The notes beneath the pieces were generated by a model that did not search any database, was not told the DNA's origin, and was given only the letters and a program-made list of their open reading frames with translations. DNA of 62,868 nt, counting the filler, from Rhabdomonas costata (taxonomy: Eukaryota): the NCBI GenBank assembly GCA_019059605.1. It is 38 parts of 38 records of this genome, joined end to end, with 100 filler letters (N's around TTAATTAATTAA, not from the genome) between each part and the next. Parts side by side here need not be neighbours in the genome. Positions count along the whole stretch, not along the records: positions 24,871 to 26,427 come from JAHMHO010013104.1; positions 26,528 to 28,084 come from JAHMHO010013105.1; positions 28,185 to 29,742 come from JAHMHO010013106.1; positions 29,843 to 31,399 come from JAHMHO010013107.1; positions 31,500 to 33,056 come from JAHMHO010013108.1; positions 33,157 to 34,713 come from JAHMHO010013109.1; positions 34,814 to 36,370 come from JAHMHO010013110.1; positions 36,471 to 38,027 come from JAHMHO010013111.1; 30 more parts are not named here. One strand, written 5' to 3'. Below are positions 25,475-38,288 of the stretch, one piece after another; the first letter of the stretch is position 1; each line of letters opens with the position of its first letter. The position numbers and the translations under genes were made by a program.

Positions 25475-25750
25475 TGCATTTTTTTCCCCAGGACACGGTT
25501 TTGACTGAGGGACCCGAATTCTGCGTCGAGCGAGAGACGGCGGCCAAGCTCGAAGTAGACCGCTTGGTATGCGCTTGGTCTGTCAAAGCCCTGCAAGGGG
25601 CAAGTCAGCATTCCCGTCTTGGCGAAGCTGAAACACCACTCAACACTCTGTGATGATACTCCCAAATATTCGCCTCCCCAGGCAGTTCCCTGCGCTGTGA
25701 GCTGGCGTCGCAGCTCACCCCGCTCCGCCGCCCTGGCGGCGCGCCTCCGC
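25475..25750 (-). CDS. Hypothetical protein fragment
   Basis: Coding-like RRAARAAERGELRRQLTAQG.. and GFDRPSAYQAVYFELGRRLSLDAEFGSLSQNRVLGKKMQ. Confidence 0.35.
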
Positions 25751-27243
25751 CTTCAAATAATTGCACCCTATAGTCTGCCCAAGCCCAGGAAGCGCCATGT
25801 CTTTTGATACTTCAAGCTTGTTGTAGAGGACAATTCTCGTCGATATCCCAAAGTACTATAATTGCTTTCGTTGGTTTTGTGTTTTTGAATGTCATAGCAT
25901 TGTAATGTGACCTCGCAATCACCAGGGAGGTGGGGGGGGGGGTTGACGGACCAGACCCGTGACCGAACCCCGACCGATTGGTCTGAGTAGAACATGAAGG
26001 GCATCAGCGATAGAGACAGAAAGGCACCGCAGGTAGGAATACAAAGAGGCCTTTCATCTAGATACACCTGGTAGGAATACGCCATACACCCTTAACATCA
26101 ACCCCGTCATCCTTCACTCCTTCAACCCCTCGTAGCATGAACCCCTCCAGCATACAAGCACCAACAGAGCGTAACAGTAACAGCATACATCCAGCACTTC
26201 CACTACACTTGAAACGGAGACGCTACCACCCCAAGACTCTCACACCCCAAGATCCACACACTACCACACAGGAAGCGCTAGAGACACAAAGAGATAGAGA
26301 CACACATCCTACGCTAACCCTACACTAACACATCAAGACACCAGAAGCCTACGCACTGAACACCACCAGGCCCCGTAACATCAACACATCCAGCACTTCA
26401 ACAACACAACCCAAACACACCCACCACNNNNNNNNNNNNNNNNNNNNNNNNNNNNNNNNNNNNNNNNNNNNTTAATTAATTAANNNNNNNNNNNNNNNNN
26501 NNNNNNNNNNNNNNNNNNNNNNNNNNNACGTTTCTTTTTGCGGTTTGAGGCCTTTGCTGGAGGGAAAGTGAAAGGCTGGAACCGCAACCACCGCAATAGA
26601 AAGACGGGCGTTCAGCAGCAGAGAGCCAGAATACTAATTACCGAATCAAAGCGCGTGAGCAGGAAAGCGACAAAAAGGGAGCAATAAATTTCAGAGAAAC
26701 ATCAGAATACTGCACTAATTCATTGTGGATTCGTTGGTACCACAAAGAGAAGAGAGGAGATTAGAATCGTAAAAAGATGAGGTAGCTTTCTTAATCGTGA
26801 AACGCTTTCTGACGGAATGGGCTGCACGTGCATTTGGTCTCAGTCCTTCAGTTCTTCAGTCCTTCGCTGCTTTGATCTCAGCGCCCAAACAAATCGAACC
26901 ATTCGATATAATGCGGACCATTGTTGAGCATGGTGGTACGAATCCAACTGGCAGTGCCTGTGGCTGTGGGCCGGTACAAAGTGCGACCTTGTTGCTCCCG
27001 CGTGCACGAAGAGAGAATTACTGAGAATTGCTCAGTGAGATTTAATGCATTCCGATTCTGCGGCGAGAAGTGGTGCATGATGAATTACGAATGAAGACGT
27101 GACTCTTTTCTTCGTCTCTTGACAGTACAATTAGTTCTCTTTCGTGATGGTGCGGACTGACAGTATCGGAGTGAATCAGAGTGAGAGTAAGAGTGACAGT
27201 GATAAGGGACGGGCGGACAGAAAATAACACTGAGCACCCATAC

Positions 27244-27843
27244 CACGGGCACGAACACTCCAGCAACCCGGTCAGCGAGCATCTGAATGGGTGCCTTATT
27301 GGTCTGCGCATCCTGGACGAGCCTGAAACACAAAACACAACACATCACCCTCCCAACAACGGTGACAGTTGTGCCAAGTGGTCCCCATTGAACGGCGCAA
27401 TAACCCAGTCAACCTAAGCATCACTTTATGTAATCTTGAATAAAACTGTCGCGATTACACGCGCTGTGTGGGGATTACCAGTGGCAGATGCCAGGGACAT
27501 TTGTTTCACCACGGACTCAGATTTCCTTCAGGGCCTATAGTGTTTTCGTCGGCACCACCTGGAACACACACACACACACACAAAGGCATGGCGTTCCCCC
27601 CGTGGCTGCGCTGCGGCCTTGCGCCAGGAACTGCATCGCGCCGCCGCGTTCGCATCCGCCTGCAGCTGTCCAAATGGTCGCAGCCCTGGAAACACAGGGC
27701 ACCGTGGTTGCTACCGATACTTCCAAAAAGAAAGGTGGGAACCTGAGGATCTGAGCCAAGGTTGTGTTCTCGCCCAGGCGGGTGGCCCGCACGTGGAGAA
27801 GCCCGTCGCAGTCGATCGTGCCTGCGGTGACTCGGTCTCCAAC
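27244..27843 (-). CDS. P1B-type heavy-metal (Cu) transporting ATPase, actuator-domain end (2 exons)
   Basis: Exons 27843-27743 and 27322-27244 join as [60 protein letters not shown], a hallmark ATP7/CopA segment. Confidence 0.93.
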
Positions 27844-28184
27844 CTGCAAAGCCGACCCCCATCAGTAGTGAGCGACCCCAGAGAAAGGCATACCATCATA
27901 ACTGTTTTCCAGAGGGGTCCTGAAGGTTGGTCTCACCAAAAGCGACGCGCACCGTTTACCATTGACCACTTTCCCTCCTGCAATGCTTTTTTGTCCCACT
28001 GTTTTGCGTAGATGAATGGAAAATTTCTGGTCGAAAACGAAGGGACTCCCACACCAAAAAAATTGCCATATTAAGCACCTAATTNNNNNNNNNNNNNNNN
28101 NNNNNNNNNNNNNNNNNNNNNNNNNNNNTTAATTAATTAANNNNNNNNNNNNNNNNNNNNNNNNNNNNNNNNNNNNNNNNNNNN

Positions 28185-29349
28185 GGTTTGGTTGATACTC
28201 GTGAGATTTTGGAGTCCAAATGGGTGAAAATTGGTACCTATGTCACTGGTCTCACGAGAGATCTCATTCAAAACCATATCGTGAGTCACCAAAATAAAGG
28301 ACGGCTGGATATAATCGATGACAAGATCCTGGACGGCTCTGAGCCATCTAACCATGCCCCGTTCTTTGATCGGTTGACTGCGCACTGGGTTATCGAGTGT
28401 GAACACGAAGCAAGAGAGAGCGTCGCCTTTGATGCCAAGACTTCCCACGAAATCGAGGAGGCTTACCTCAACGGACAGCCCAGTTGCATCGTCGACGATC
28501 GCCGAACTATGTACTTCAAAGATCTTACCCTGCGACATCCAACAGGTATGGGCGCTGAGCTCTCGACCTTTCCTTTGGTTTTTGAAAACTGTGATTGAAG
28601 TTCGAAATTCTCTGGTGCTGTGTTTCCCCATCTTTTCAGCATCACGTTGTTGTTTTTTTTTCGCCGTTTTGAACTTGCAGATCGTAAGCAGTGGCGAGAA
28701 GCGAGACACGTGCAGAGGCTCCCGAGTCCCTGCTTCGACTCGGACAAAATGATTCGTAGTCTGGACCACCTGCGCTCTGAGGTCACCGCGGGGAACTGCG
28801 TGCTGTTTCTGGGTGCAGGGTTCTGTGCTCCGGCGAATGGGCCCACCTGGAAAAAGCTGCTTCTTGACGCAGCCCACAATACGTATGTGAGTTTTCCTAT
28901 TTTTCCCAAAAGCAGGTGGGCGGCGGGACGTCGCCCAGGTACCAGAACGATGGGGTCGAGGAAGACTGGGTAACAACCAATGTACAAGTTGAAACTAAGA
29001 CAAGGGAGAAGCTTGCGGGGGGGGAGGTTCCCCGCGTCACAGGCAGGGAAAAAGGACAAAAAGAGGCCGAGAGAAAGAGATCCCCGAAGGGAAACCCAAC
29101 TGCCCTCCGGCTTTAGTGTTTGCTCGAATATTCATTAAACCGCTTTGTTTCGTATTGTAGTTTTTAATTTGACTCTTGCTTTTTCAAGTGAATCATCTGC
29201 TGCTTGTTTGTGTGGTGCAATTTGTGCTTCGTCAAATATTTTTTTTTGCTGGAAGCGAGTATCGCGACGAAACCCTGATCACCACCGTGACAAAGCTTCT
29301 GAAGCGTGGTAGTCATTCCGACTATGAGTTGGCCGCACAGCTTTTGGAG
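28185..29349 (+). CDS. WWE-domain + SIR2-like (SIR2_2 type) fusion protein, internal fragment (3 exons)
   Basis: Exons 28185-28545, 28681-28882 and 29256-29349 splice in frame with GT-AG. WWE-like: HWVIECE..VAFDAKTSHEIEEAYLNGQPSC..TMYFKDLTL..RHVQR. SIR2-like start: LRSEVTAGNCVLFLGAGFCAPANGPTWKKLL..DYELAAQLLE. Confidence 0.8.
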
Positions 29350-31499
29350 GTCTTGTTTTCGCTTTTGTGAGTGAGTATCCTCACAAGCACTAAAAAACTG
29401 AAAGTGGTGATGCGGTGTGTTGTCATCACGAATAAGTTTTGTAGCAAGCAAGTATGTGGCGTTGGCAAGGAAATACTCCGAACCATCCGAAGATTAGATC
29501 CATGAAAACTCATTTTGTTAATGCTCTCTCCTCCTCTTCCACGCTACCACGGTGTTTTGCCCTCCCACATCTCTCCTTTTGGATTTTGATGAAGACCAAA
29601 CTACTCCGCAGGTGCTGCCCGCACGCTCCAAATCAGTGAATGTTTCTGTTCGGTTGCTCGGAATTCAGCACATCATGCCCACCATTTTGCCTGCACCCAC
29701 AACACACCCACACCCATCATAAAAGAATGCACTAAGAATGTTNNNNNNNNNNNNNNNNNNNNNNNNNNNNNNNNNNNNNNNNNNNNTTAATTAATTAANN
29801 NNNNNNNNNNNNNNNNNNNNNNNNNNNNNNNNNNNNNNNNNNGTTGTTTTTGTGTACATGCTCCCACCGTCAGCAGCTCAGCTTCTGTGCTGGAAGCTGC
29901 CCAAAGGGTCGTCGCGATGGGATCCTTCCCATCCGTTCCCTGCCTCCCCTCTTTTGATGCACCTTACCTCAGGAAAATCCTGCAATGGTTTCTTCTGTGG
30001 TGTTTCGACTTCTGACTTTTGGATTGACTGGTAAACAGCGCAAGTCAAAGCTCGAACCGCTCACCGTGGTTCGTCAAGTCACCGAATTTTCGCTTCGACT
30101 GGACGGCTATTGCTTACAGATTATTTTCTCATCTTTGACAGCCATGCCGTCTTCGCAGTAACTTCGTGCATAACCGCAGTTGCTGAGTTTTTTCAAAAGC
30201 AAAAGTACTCACGGCGACATTCTGTTAAAAACTTCGGGAATTATTGACAAAAAAGAAGTAAAACGAAACGTTACCTGTTTGAACCGCCACCCGGGTAGCC
30301 CCGCTGGGGGGATGATTTTGCCAGCCATGCTGGGATGCCTCTAAGCCCTCTACTCCCCCCAACCATCGAGCAAACAGGAGCTAACCCAGCGGATAGCACC
30401 AGCTGCCGGGTACTTCAGTGCTAACGAGGATCGGGGCTGTTGCAGTTCAGGGGTAAGGTGGTGCTTCGGCCTTTGAAGCAGTGTATGCGCAGTTCGCGCG
30501 AGCGACTCTGATGCTTCAGCTATGCTGCGGGAGCAGAGGCCGGCGGCTGCTTTTGAAAGGAGCCCTTCTTCCCCAACCCAGCGTCCAGAGAAGTAGGGAG
30601 AGGCCTGGCCCGATTCCGAGCATGTTTCCGAGAAAGTTCAGTTGCGGTCGAAAGGCACGGGAGACCGCCGCGGCGGGACGGCCCTTCCCTCCTCTTCTCG
30701 CGGTAGAGAGCCATGGAAGCACGATACAACAGGATAAGAGTTCGCTCGGGTGGGTTCTCGGCCAAGTTATTGAGGCTTGTTGTCAAGATCGAAAGCCGGA
30801 CAGTCTGCACATCTGTCGGAACACCTGCGGAATGCCCACCTGCGCTGCACACTTCACGGGACCCCTTGTAATTTTGGTGGTGGTGGGTGGGGCATTAAAC
30901 GTTTTAAACGTTCAAGAAAAGGAGTACCCCTAATCTTATTTTGCTGAAACAAATGAATTGAGAGGGAGCTGACACAATTACTTAGCCCCCTGTGCTGAAA
31001 AGACGTCCCAGAAATGTTAAACCCACAAATTACACTTTGGACAGTCCCCGACGCTTGCTCTTCATTAGAGTACATACAATTCGAGCTCATTTGAGGATTT
31101 TAGGCAGAATTACTTTCACTCAATATTCGAGAATGGAACAATTGGAAATGTGAATGGTGTGATAAGTGACCAGTCTCCTCAGTCCTGATTTTTTTAGCTC
31201 GTCTCTTTTGTCGCACCGGAGACTTTCCCACCTTTTCCGAATCCATCCACCACCCTCACGTACACATGAACGTATTACGAGCTGTTTCAGAAGCCCTGGG
31301 CCGGGCACTCCTGGCAGAGGAGGTAGTCATGCTTGGGTGCCTGTCCGCTGCTGGGGTGGCAAAGCTGAATACAGACCTCTGCCGAGGTGTGGCACGCCTN
31401 NNNNNNNNNNNNNNNNNNNNNNNNNNNNNNNNNNNNNNNNNNNTTAATTAATTAANNNNNNNNNNNNNNNNNNNNNNNNNNNNNNNNNNNNNNNNNNNN

Positions 31500-33056
31500 G
31501 GGGGGGTGTGCACGGGTCTCAGGAGACACCGCAGGGGAGGCCAGAAGCGTCCCCGCGACACCCGCTTGGGCGAGGCCGTCTTGGATGGGGAGGGGAGGCA
31601 ATTTCACCCCTCGAGGGGAGAGGGCGTACCCCGGAGGAGGCTCCGTCTTCCCCTCCAGGGCGTCCCAGCTCAGCCCGCAGAAAAACGGATGGGCTAAGAG
31701 ACAGTGAAAGACATAGAGCGTGTATATGTGTGTGTCTGCCATGGCGAGGCGAGGAAGTGTGGTGGGGGGAGGAAAGCAGAGGTTTTGGTGGGTTCACAGG
31801 GCTGACACTTTGCACCTTTTCTACCGGGGAGGGATGCTTTCCAAACACTTTCGGGGAATCCGGGGAAGCAAGCAGCGGGGGTGCAGCAAAGGAGATAGGG
31901 GATAGAAAAGAATAGGGGTCCCACGATTTCGGAAACAGCAGCTGAGGGAGGAAGCCACGTTAAAACACCAGGAAAAGGTGTAAGGGTGCGCGAGACTTCC
32001 CGCACCAGCAAGACAGTCACCTTACCTCCCTCCTTTATGCCTCAGATAAATACATACAAACTCATATCCCACAGGATGTGCACACACTTTGTCAGCACGA
32101 AAAATGTCTCTAATTCTTTCGGAAGGGAAACCGTCCTCAAACTTTCTTCCCTTCTCGCCCGCTCCTGAACCACGCATTCGCCAAGCCCATGGAAATGTCG
32201 GAAGTCACCCAGCGAATTGGGTAAAGATCTGACCCGCCCTCCCATTTTCGGTTGATGCACCGGTCCGGAGGCCCTCAGAAGTGGATCAATGGGGAGCTGC
32301 TGGAAGACCTCCCAGACGAGAAGAGGCATTGACATCCACCCCCCCCCCCACACACGAAGCCATTCAGGAACGCAGGCAGGCCTTGGATATCGGGCTCCGT
32401 GATGCGCCCCCTTTCGTCCTTCTCCAGAAGCCCTACAATGAGGTCCCGGGAGAGATGGTCCACCCACGGGTACGGCGCAAAGTCGGCCCTCTCCTCCAGG
32501 GTGCGGTAGCAGGTCTGAAAGACAAGGCGGGGGGAGGGCACTCCCAATCATTCATGTTCAAACCCACCCGAAGACCGCATAAACGCATAAACTTGGACTT
32601 TCGAAGCGCGAGAAACAGCAAGAGCAATTGTTCTCCCACCTCACGATGTTATCTTCGTGTGCGCGGGTCCCTGAGACTCTTGCCGAGCAAAGGCCAAGTT
32701 CATTCAGGAAAGGTGAGAACTCATTCAAGAGGGATGGCGCGGACTCAAGAAGGTCATCCGCCCACCCTCACCGCCAATAGAAACCGCAGAGCGCACCGCA
32801 GATGAGGCGTATGTGCGCAGATGAGGAAAACATGATGGAAGCCAGTTCGGACTACGGGGCGCTGCAGGATGGCCGCCCTCACTACACAAAAAGGGGCTCC
32901 ACATGAGGGGTGAGAAAGGAATGCAGAATAAGGCGAGGGGTTTGTCCATTCCATTCGTTTTTTGTGCATCAGCGATGGTGGGAGAGGCACCAGCTTGTCG
33001 TTTTCCGATCCGAACGGAAGCTCTCCACAGAGCATCCCAAACAGCAGCACCCCGAA
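31500..33056 (-). CDS. AGC-family Ser/Thr protein kinase, C-lobe (3 exons)
   Basis: Exons 33056-32991, 32514-32382 and 31693-31500: FGVLLFGMLCGELPF..SRDLIVGLLEKDERGRI..DIQAHPFFCGLSWDALEGKTEPPP (subdomains IX-XI plus AGC tail). Confidence 0.9.
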
Positions 33057-35136
33057 NNNNNNNNNNNNNNNNNNNNNNNNNNNNNNNNNNNNNNNNNNNN
33101 TTAATTAATTAANNNNNNNNNNNNNNNNNNNNNNNNNNNNNNNNNNNNNNNNNNNNTGTTGTGAAAAAACCATCTCTCATGCCTCCCTTTGATTGGACAC
33201 CAGCATCACACAACGGAGGTGCTTATGCGTTTGGTTTGCGGTATTCTCTCTCTTGGTGGGTTCACTCTAGTTCACTCTTGGCTTCCTCTTCTCTCAATTA
33301 CCAGGAGAAACGACCGTTTCCTGCACAAGGAGAGGTGCGCGCAAGGAGATAAAACTGAAGTGTGTGTGTGGGGGGGGCTTGCACGTACCCAAACGTCTGC
33401 TGCTGACAAACAAAGTTTGCCGATAGCTTCAAACGGGGAGTGCAACGAACGGTGGTGGTGGGAGGGACTACAGGAAGGCGGCCAGTGGTGGTCCTGACTG
33501 TTGATATTGAGTGCCCCAAAAAGAGAAATTCAAAAAACGTGGTCACCCGCACATTTGGAAACAGCGGCATGCTCCGCAAAATACAGTCAGCGAATTTCTG
33601 AGCTGATATCCAATTGGGTTTCCGGCACGACGCAGCCATTTATCCGACAAATGTGCACAGTCTGAATCCCTCCCTACGATTCCCACCACGCCGCTGCTGG
33701 TCAGCACTTCAAGCTGGCACAACAATGTGGAAGACGCAGACAAACCACACTTCTTGAAAGGGAGGTAAAACAGCTGACCAAAGGGAGGCATGAGAGATGG
33801 TTTTTTCACAACACAACGACGAAAGTAGCTCGAAACGGGGCAGGACGACGGAAACGCCTTCTGCAAACGTCCGCAATTGTCCTCCACCTGTTCCGGCAGA
33901 CACGGCCGAAACGGCGAAGGTGGGAAGAATGACTTTCTCTGCGTGACGTTTCTATTACTGTAGAAAGTACTGCCAGCTCAAGGATTTTCTGTGCTGCCCC
34001 ACCTTCAGCGCAGAACAGTGGCAAGAGCCTTCCACTTGGGCTTCCCTTCGCACCCGGCCTAGTCCGTGGGGACGGTAGAGTATGTGCGCGACCCGAGGGC
34101 GGGGTGTGCGGCGTCCCCCCCTCCCGTTGTCAAACGTCGGCCTCTGTCTTATTTCTCTTCATCAACCTATTTCTAGCCTTCGCATGTCAGCCCCCTTCCC
34201 ACGCTATTCTGCGAAGCTGTCCGAACTGGTTTTGGTGCTGGTTTTGTTTGTTCACTGCTGTGTGGTTTTTGGTACACACATTGGTCTTGACTTTGCGAGT
34301 TCGCGCAAAAACAAATGTGAATGTCTTTTTCAGTGGCTGAGGTTTGCGGGGTGCGTAGGCATTCCCTGGTGGTCCGGAGTCATGGATGGGCCTGGGCACC
34401 AGGAGCCATCCGGATTAGGGGTGGTCATGCCGAAGGTGCAGGGGGATGTCAGGGAGGGTGCCCCATGCCCTTGTTTTTCGGTGACAGGCTTCCCCTTCAG
34501 CTCTCGCTATTGTTTTCCACTGGTCACCCGTTTCTAATTCCATCTCGATAAGATGTAGGGGTAGTAAGAAGATTTCCATTTCCCAGAACGATCTTCTTAC
34601 CACCTTATTTCTGGGAAATGGTAAAATCAGAGATGGCTGTTGTTAATTTTGAAACCAGGAAGAGGTGGGAAAAAAGTGAAGAAAAAACAATGGGATAAAG
34701 ACCACACAAAACANNNNNNNNNNNNNNNNNNNNNNNNNNNNNNNNNNNNNNNNNNNNTTAATTAATTAANNNNNNNNNNNNNNNNNNNNNNNNNNNNNNN
34801 NNNNNNNNNNNNNCCCCTCCCAAATATTAATCCTATTCTTGGGCCTGTTTAGTAAAGGGCTGCCGTTTATGTTTACCCGTGCTTGGCAACCAAAAGGTGA
34901 CTCACACTACCGTTTTTATGTGATGGAAGAGGGGGTGGGGCAGAGTATCAATGATTATTCGGAAATTGAGAAAATACACTTTTGCTGCATACCGCTTCTA
35001 CGCCCCAGTTGGATCAGTTAGACGGCGTGGTGAGGCCGCAGGGTTGGAAATGGGAGTTTGTTCAGTTTGTACAGTTTCATGCGGAAAGTTGCGAAGGGCG
35101 GATGCTGTGCTGCTGCAGGCAGCACCGCTGCCCCAG

Positions 35137-36049
35137 GTTCGGGTTCTGCTTTGTGCGGTGACCAACGTGGCGGTGGACGGGGTGCTGGACCGCCTGGCCC
35201 GCACGGGGTTCACCGACTTCGCGCGGGTGGGGTGTGCGCGGAAGATTGCGCGGGCGGTGCGGCCGTACTCCCACTGCGGGGCGCCCTTGAAGGAGGGAAG
35301 GCAGCGGGCGGGGGAGCTGCAACAGCGGAGCGTGGCGGGTAGCCGAGTGGTGGGGGTGACTTGCTGTGCCTCGACCTTCCCTGCAATTGAAGGTGTGGGA
35401 TTGGGCGTGTGGATCTGCATGTCATGTGCCGTGTGTGTTTGTGTGACGTCTGAAGGGAAGTGAGGATTGAAGTGTGCAGAACGACTGATCTGGGAAGAGC
35501 TCCATGAGCTCTCTGGGTTTGGTGCCATAGTGTCGACGAAACGAACACCGACACCCTGGGGGCTCGTGCATCTCTCTCTTTCGGACTCTTAGCCCTAACG
35601 CCAGTCTATGACCTAAAGGGACAATGAGAACGCAAACCCACCGCCACCCGCACCCACCCACACGCTTAATACAAAGGTTGAAACCTTGTTGCCTGCAAGG
35701 CTCTGTTGCAGTCGCAGTAGCAGGTGCGTTGCTCACCGTCAGGGCTGACGTTTGACTTTGTGTTGATGGACGAGAGCAGCCAGTGCCTGGAGCCCCTGTC
35801 GCTGGTCCCGCTGGTGGCGGCTCAGGCCCGGTACGTGGTAGCCGTGGGGGATCCCCAGCAGCTGCCCCCAACGCTCACCTCTTCGGGCCCCGTCTCTGAC
35901 CTTGTGCCCACCCCACGGGGAGGCGGCGGGGCGGAGATGACGGCGACAGCGGGAGGCAGCCTGGCCACCCCTCTGTTCGTGAGGCTCGCCCGCGCCGGGC
36001 AGATGCCGGTTCTACTGGCCACGCAGTACCGCTGCCACCCCACCCTCAG
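35137..36049 (+). CDS. ZGRF1: ZGRF1-like DNA2/NAM7 superfamily-1 helicase (2 exons)
   Basis: Exons 35137-35392 and 35743-36049: TNVAVDGVL..GFTDFARVGCARKIA..RVVGVTC, DESSQCLEP, VGDPQQLPPT, LFVRL..PVLLATQYRCHP. The F.RVG..RKIA..PYS and VVGVTC segments are ZGRF1-like. Confidence 0.88.
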
Positions 36050-38133
36050 GTCGGTTTCCGTTAAATGCTCAGGCGGATTGGCGTTGGTTCTGCAGTCTTC
36101 TTGCTGGCGCTTTGGCTGGATCCCCATGATTTCTCTGCGATTGTCGTGAAGCGAACAATCGCACGGGAAGGTTGCGGAGTAGCGGAGTAGTGGATGCTTA
36201 CTCTGTCGGGATGCCTCACTCCCTTCACATTCCTCCCACTCTTACATCTGGAACCGCAGATAGTAGGGGCCTCATGAGCGGGTACTGGGGATGGAAGGAC
36301 GAGGAGCGTAGCGACGAGGACGCATACATAGGAGGGAGGAACGCAGTAACGACCGACAAGAAGAAAAAACNNNNNNNNNNNNNNNNNNNNNNNNNNNNNN
36401 NNNNNNNNNNNNNNTTAATTAATTAANNNNNNNNNNNNNNNNNNNNNNNNNNNNNNNNNNNNNNNNNNNNGTGGTGGTGTGGAGGAGGAGGTGCGTGCGG
36501 GGCCGTCCTCGGCGGCTGTGGTGTTGCTGGAGCCCGTGGGGGAGTCCGGGAGGGGCTCCGCGGCGGTCAGGGTACGGGTGAGCTGGCGGCTGAAGGAGCG
36601 GCCGGGAAACCCGATACCCTCGCTGACGGCAATGCTGGCCCGCCTGGAAATGGAAAGAGGCCGGGGGTTGCCTGTACATTTTATTAATTATTTAGGAAGC
36701 TCACTTAATGGGTGCGAGTCATTTTGCATCCTTCTAAGAAAAGCCCTCAGGGGGTCTCTTCGGTGATTTCTGGCTGGATCTCAGAGCTAAATATTGTGTG
36801 GGTGAGCGGTTGAATAAGGCTTTATTCTGATTTGGGGTCAGGTGTGATTGTTCATTCGCGTTTGTGTATGTTTGTGGGATGCAAAGACGGAAAAAGGAAA
36901 TGCTCACATACTTGAAGGAGAGCGCTTGTGAAAAGAAAAGCTGCCCCTAACCTGAGACGCGCGCACGGAGAGCCCTGTAGCACTGTTGTCAATCAGATGT
37001 GGGGTGCCCATCTCACTCCCTCTCCTTTAGTTCTGTGTTAGCGCGCTGGCGGATCTGAAGCCTTTTGAAATTTTGTTGCAGGGGGAAGGACGTTAAACGA
37101 ACAGCGCCGCTGAATGTTCACCATTGCCATACGAACGAACGAATGCTGCGGTTTGGAGCATTCTCAACTGCCCGAAGGGAGGGAAGCACTTGCGGGTGCT
37201 TGTTTTTGAAGCGGCTGGCGTTTTCGCCAGTGCTAAACGGTCATAAGCCACGGGAGGTGCCTATGCAGCCGCTCACTCCTGCCGCGCCGCGGACCTTGTT
37301 CGCCAAAGCCCAGTAACGAAATTTCAACCATCCAAAAAGGCCACAAAATTGGATAGGTCGATGTCGTGAATGGTCAAAATAAATCATCCAAAGAGAAACG
37401 CTCCAAAACACTCCAAACCGACCCCCACCATCGTTTCATCTGAAAAAAGCCACACGGTAATTTTCTAGGGTAATTTTCTAGGATTGTGCTGGAAGACTTC
37501 CGCAGATCCGTTGGCCTACATCCACTAAAGCTGAAGCAGTTGAAGGCCTGGGCAAATCACCCACCAAAACACAAACCCGAACTTCTGGGGCGAGGAATGG
37601 ATACAAGCGAATAGAGTCAGCTGGCTCTGAGGAGGTGAACTTTGGGGCGGAATGCCATCTTTCGTAATTTTTTTTGGAAGCTTCATGTTTCTGCAGAATT
37701 GCCTTCCGATGTTTTACAGTTCAAGACGGAGGGCATGTGGACACGCCTGCGGACGGTGGCCAAGGCAAACTCTGCGCGACCCAGCTCCCGATCCACGACC
37801 TCCGTGGGGGACAACATCGACCCCGGGGTCATGATCAGGGAAGGGTAGGGTTGCGAGGGCAGCCCGGGCAGCCCCGAGGAAGACGCCGAGCTCCGCAACC
37901 TCCGCGGCATTGCAGCTGCGCAGAAACCAAAACAGAAAGACAAAAAGACAGTCACACAGTGGAAAATCACTTAAAAAATTCGAATACGAGTCAATGGGGA
38001 TCCTTGCAGAAAGGCAGACAAACAAACNNNNNNNNNNNNNNNNNNNNNNNNNNNNNNNNNNNNNNNNNNNNTTAATTAATTAANNNNNNNNNNNNNNNNN
38101 NNNNNNNNNNNNNNNNNNNNNNNNNNNTTTTGG

Positions 38134-38288
38134 TTGTTGCATACAGATGTCGCAGGATTGCTTTTCGATACCTGAACTGCCACTGTCTGAATGAGTTTAG
38201 TTTGCTTTCTGTGAGAGCAAACTAAACTCATTCAGACAGTGGCAGTTCAGGTATCGAAAAGCAATCCTGCGACATCTGTATGCAACAA
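38134..38288. repeat. Perfect 73-bp fold-back at contig start (probable amplification artefact)
   Basis: Arms 38134-38206 and 38216-38288 are exact reverse complements with a 9-nt loop. Confidence 0.9.

Noticed and set aside
33158-33812. 34-bp inverted repeats 600 bp apart as transposon TIRs
   Set aside because: One copy is the very start of the contig and is exact, with no TSD; best explained by template switching.
38134-38288. Perfect 73-bp hairpin as a miRNA precursor or MITE
   Set aside because: Exact arms at a contig end beside a primer-like G/T tract; same pattern as the many other fold-back artefacts.
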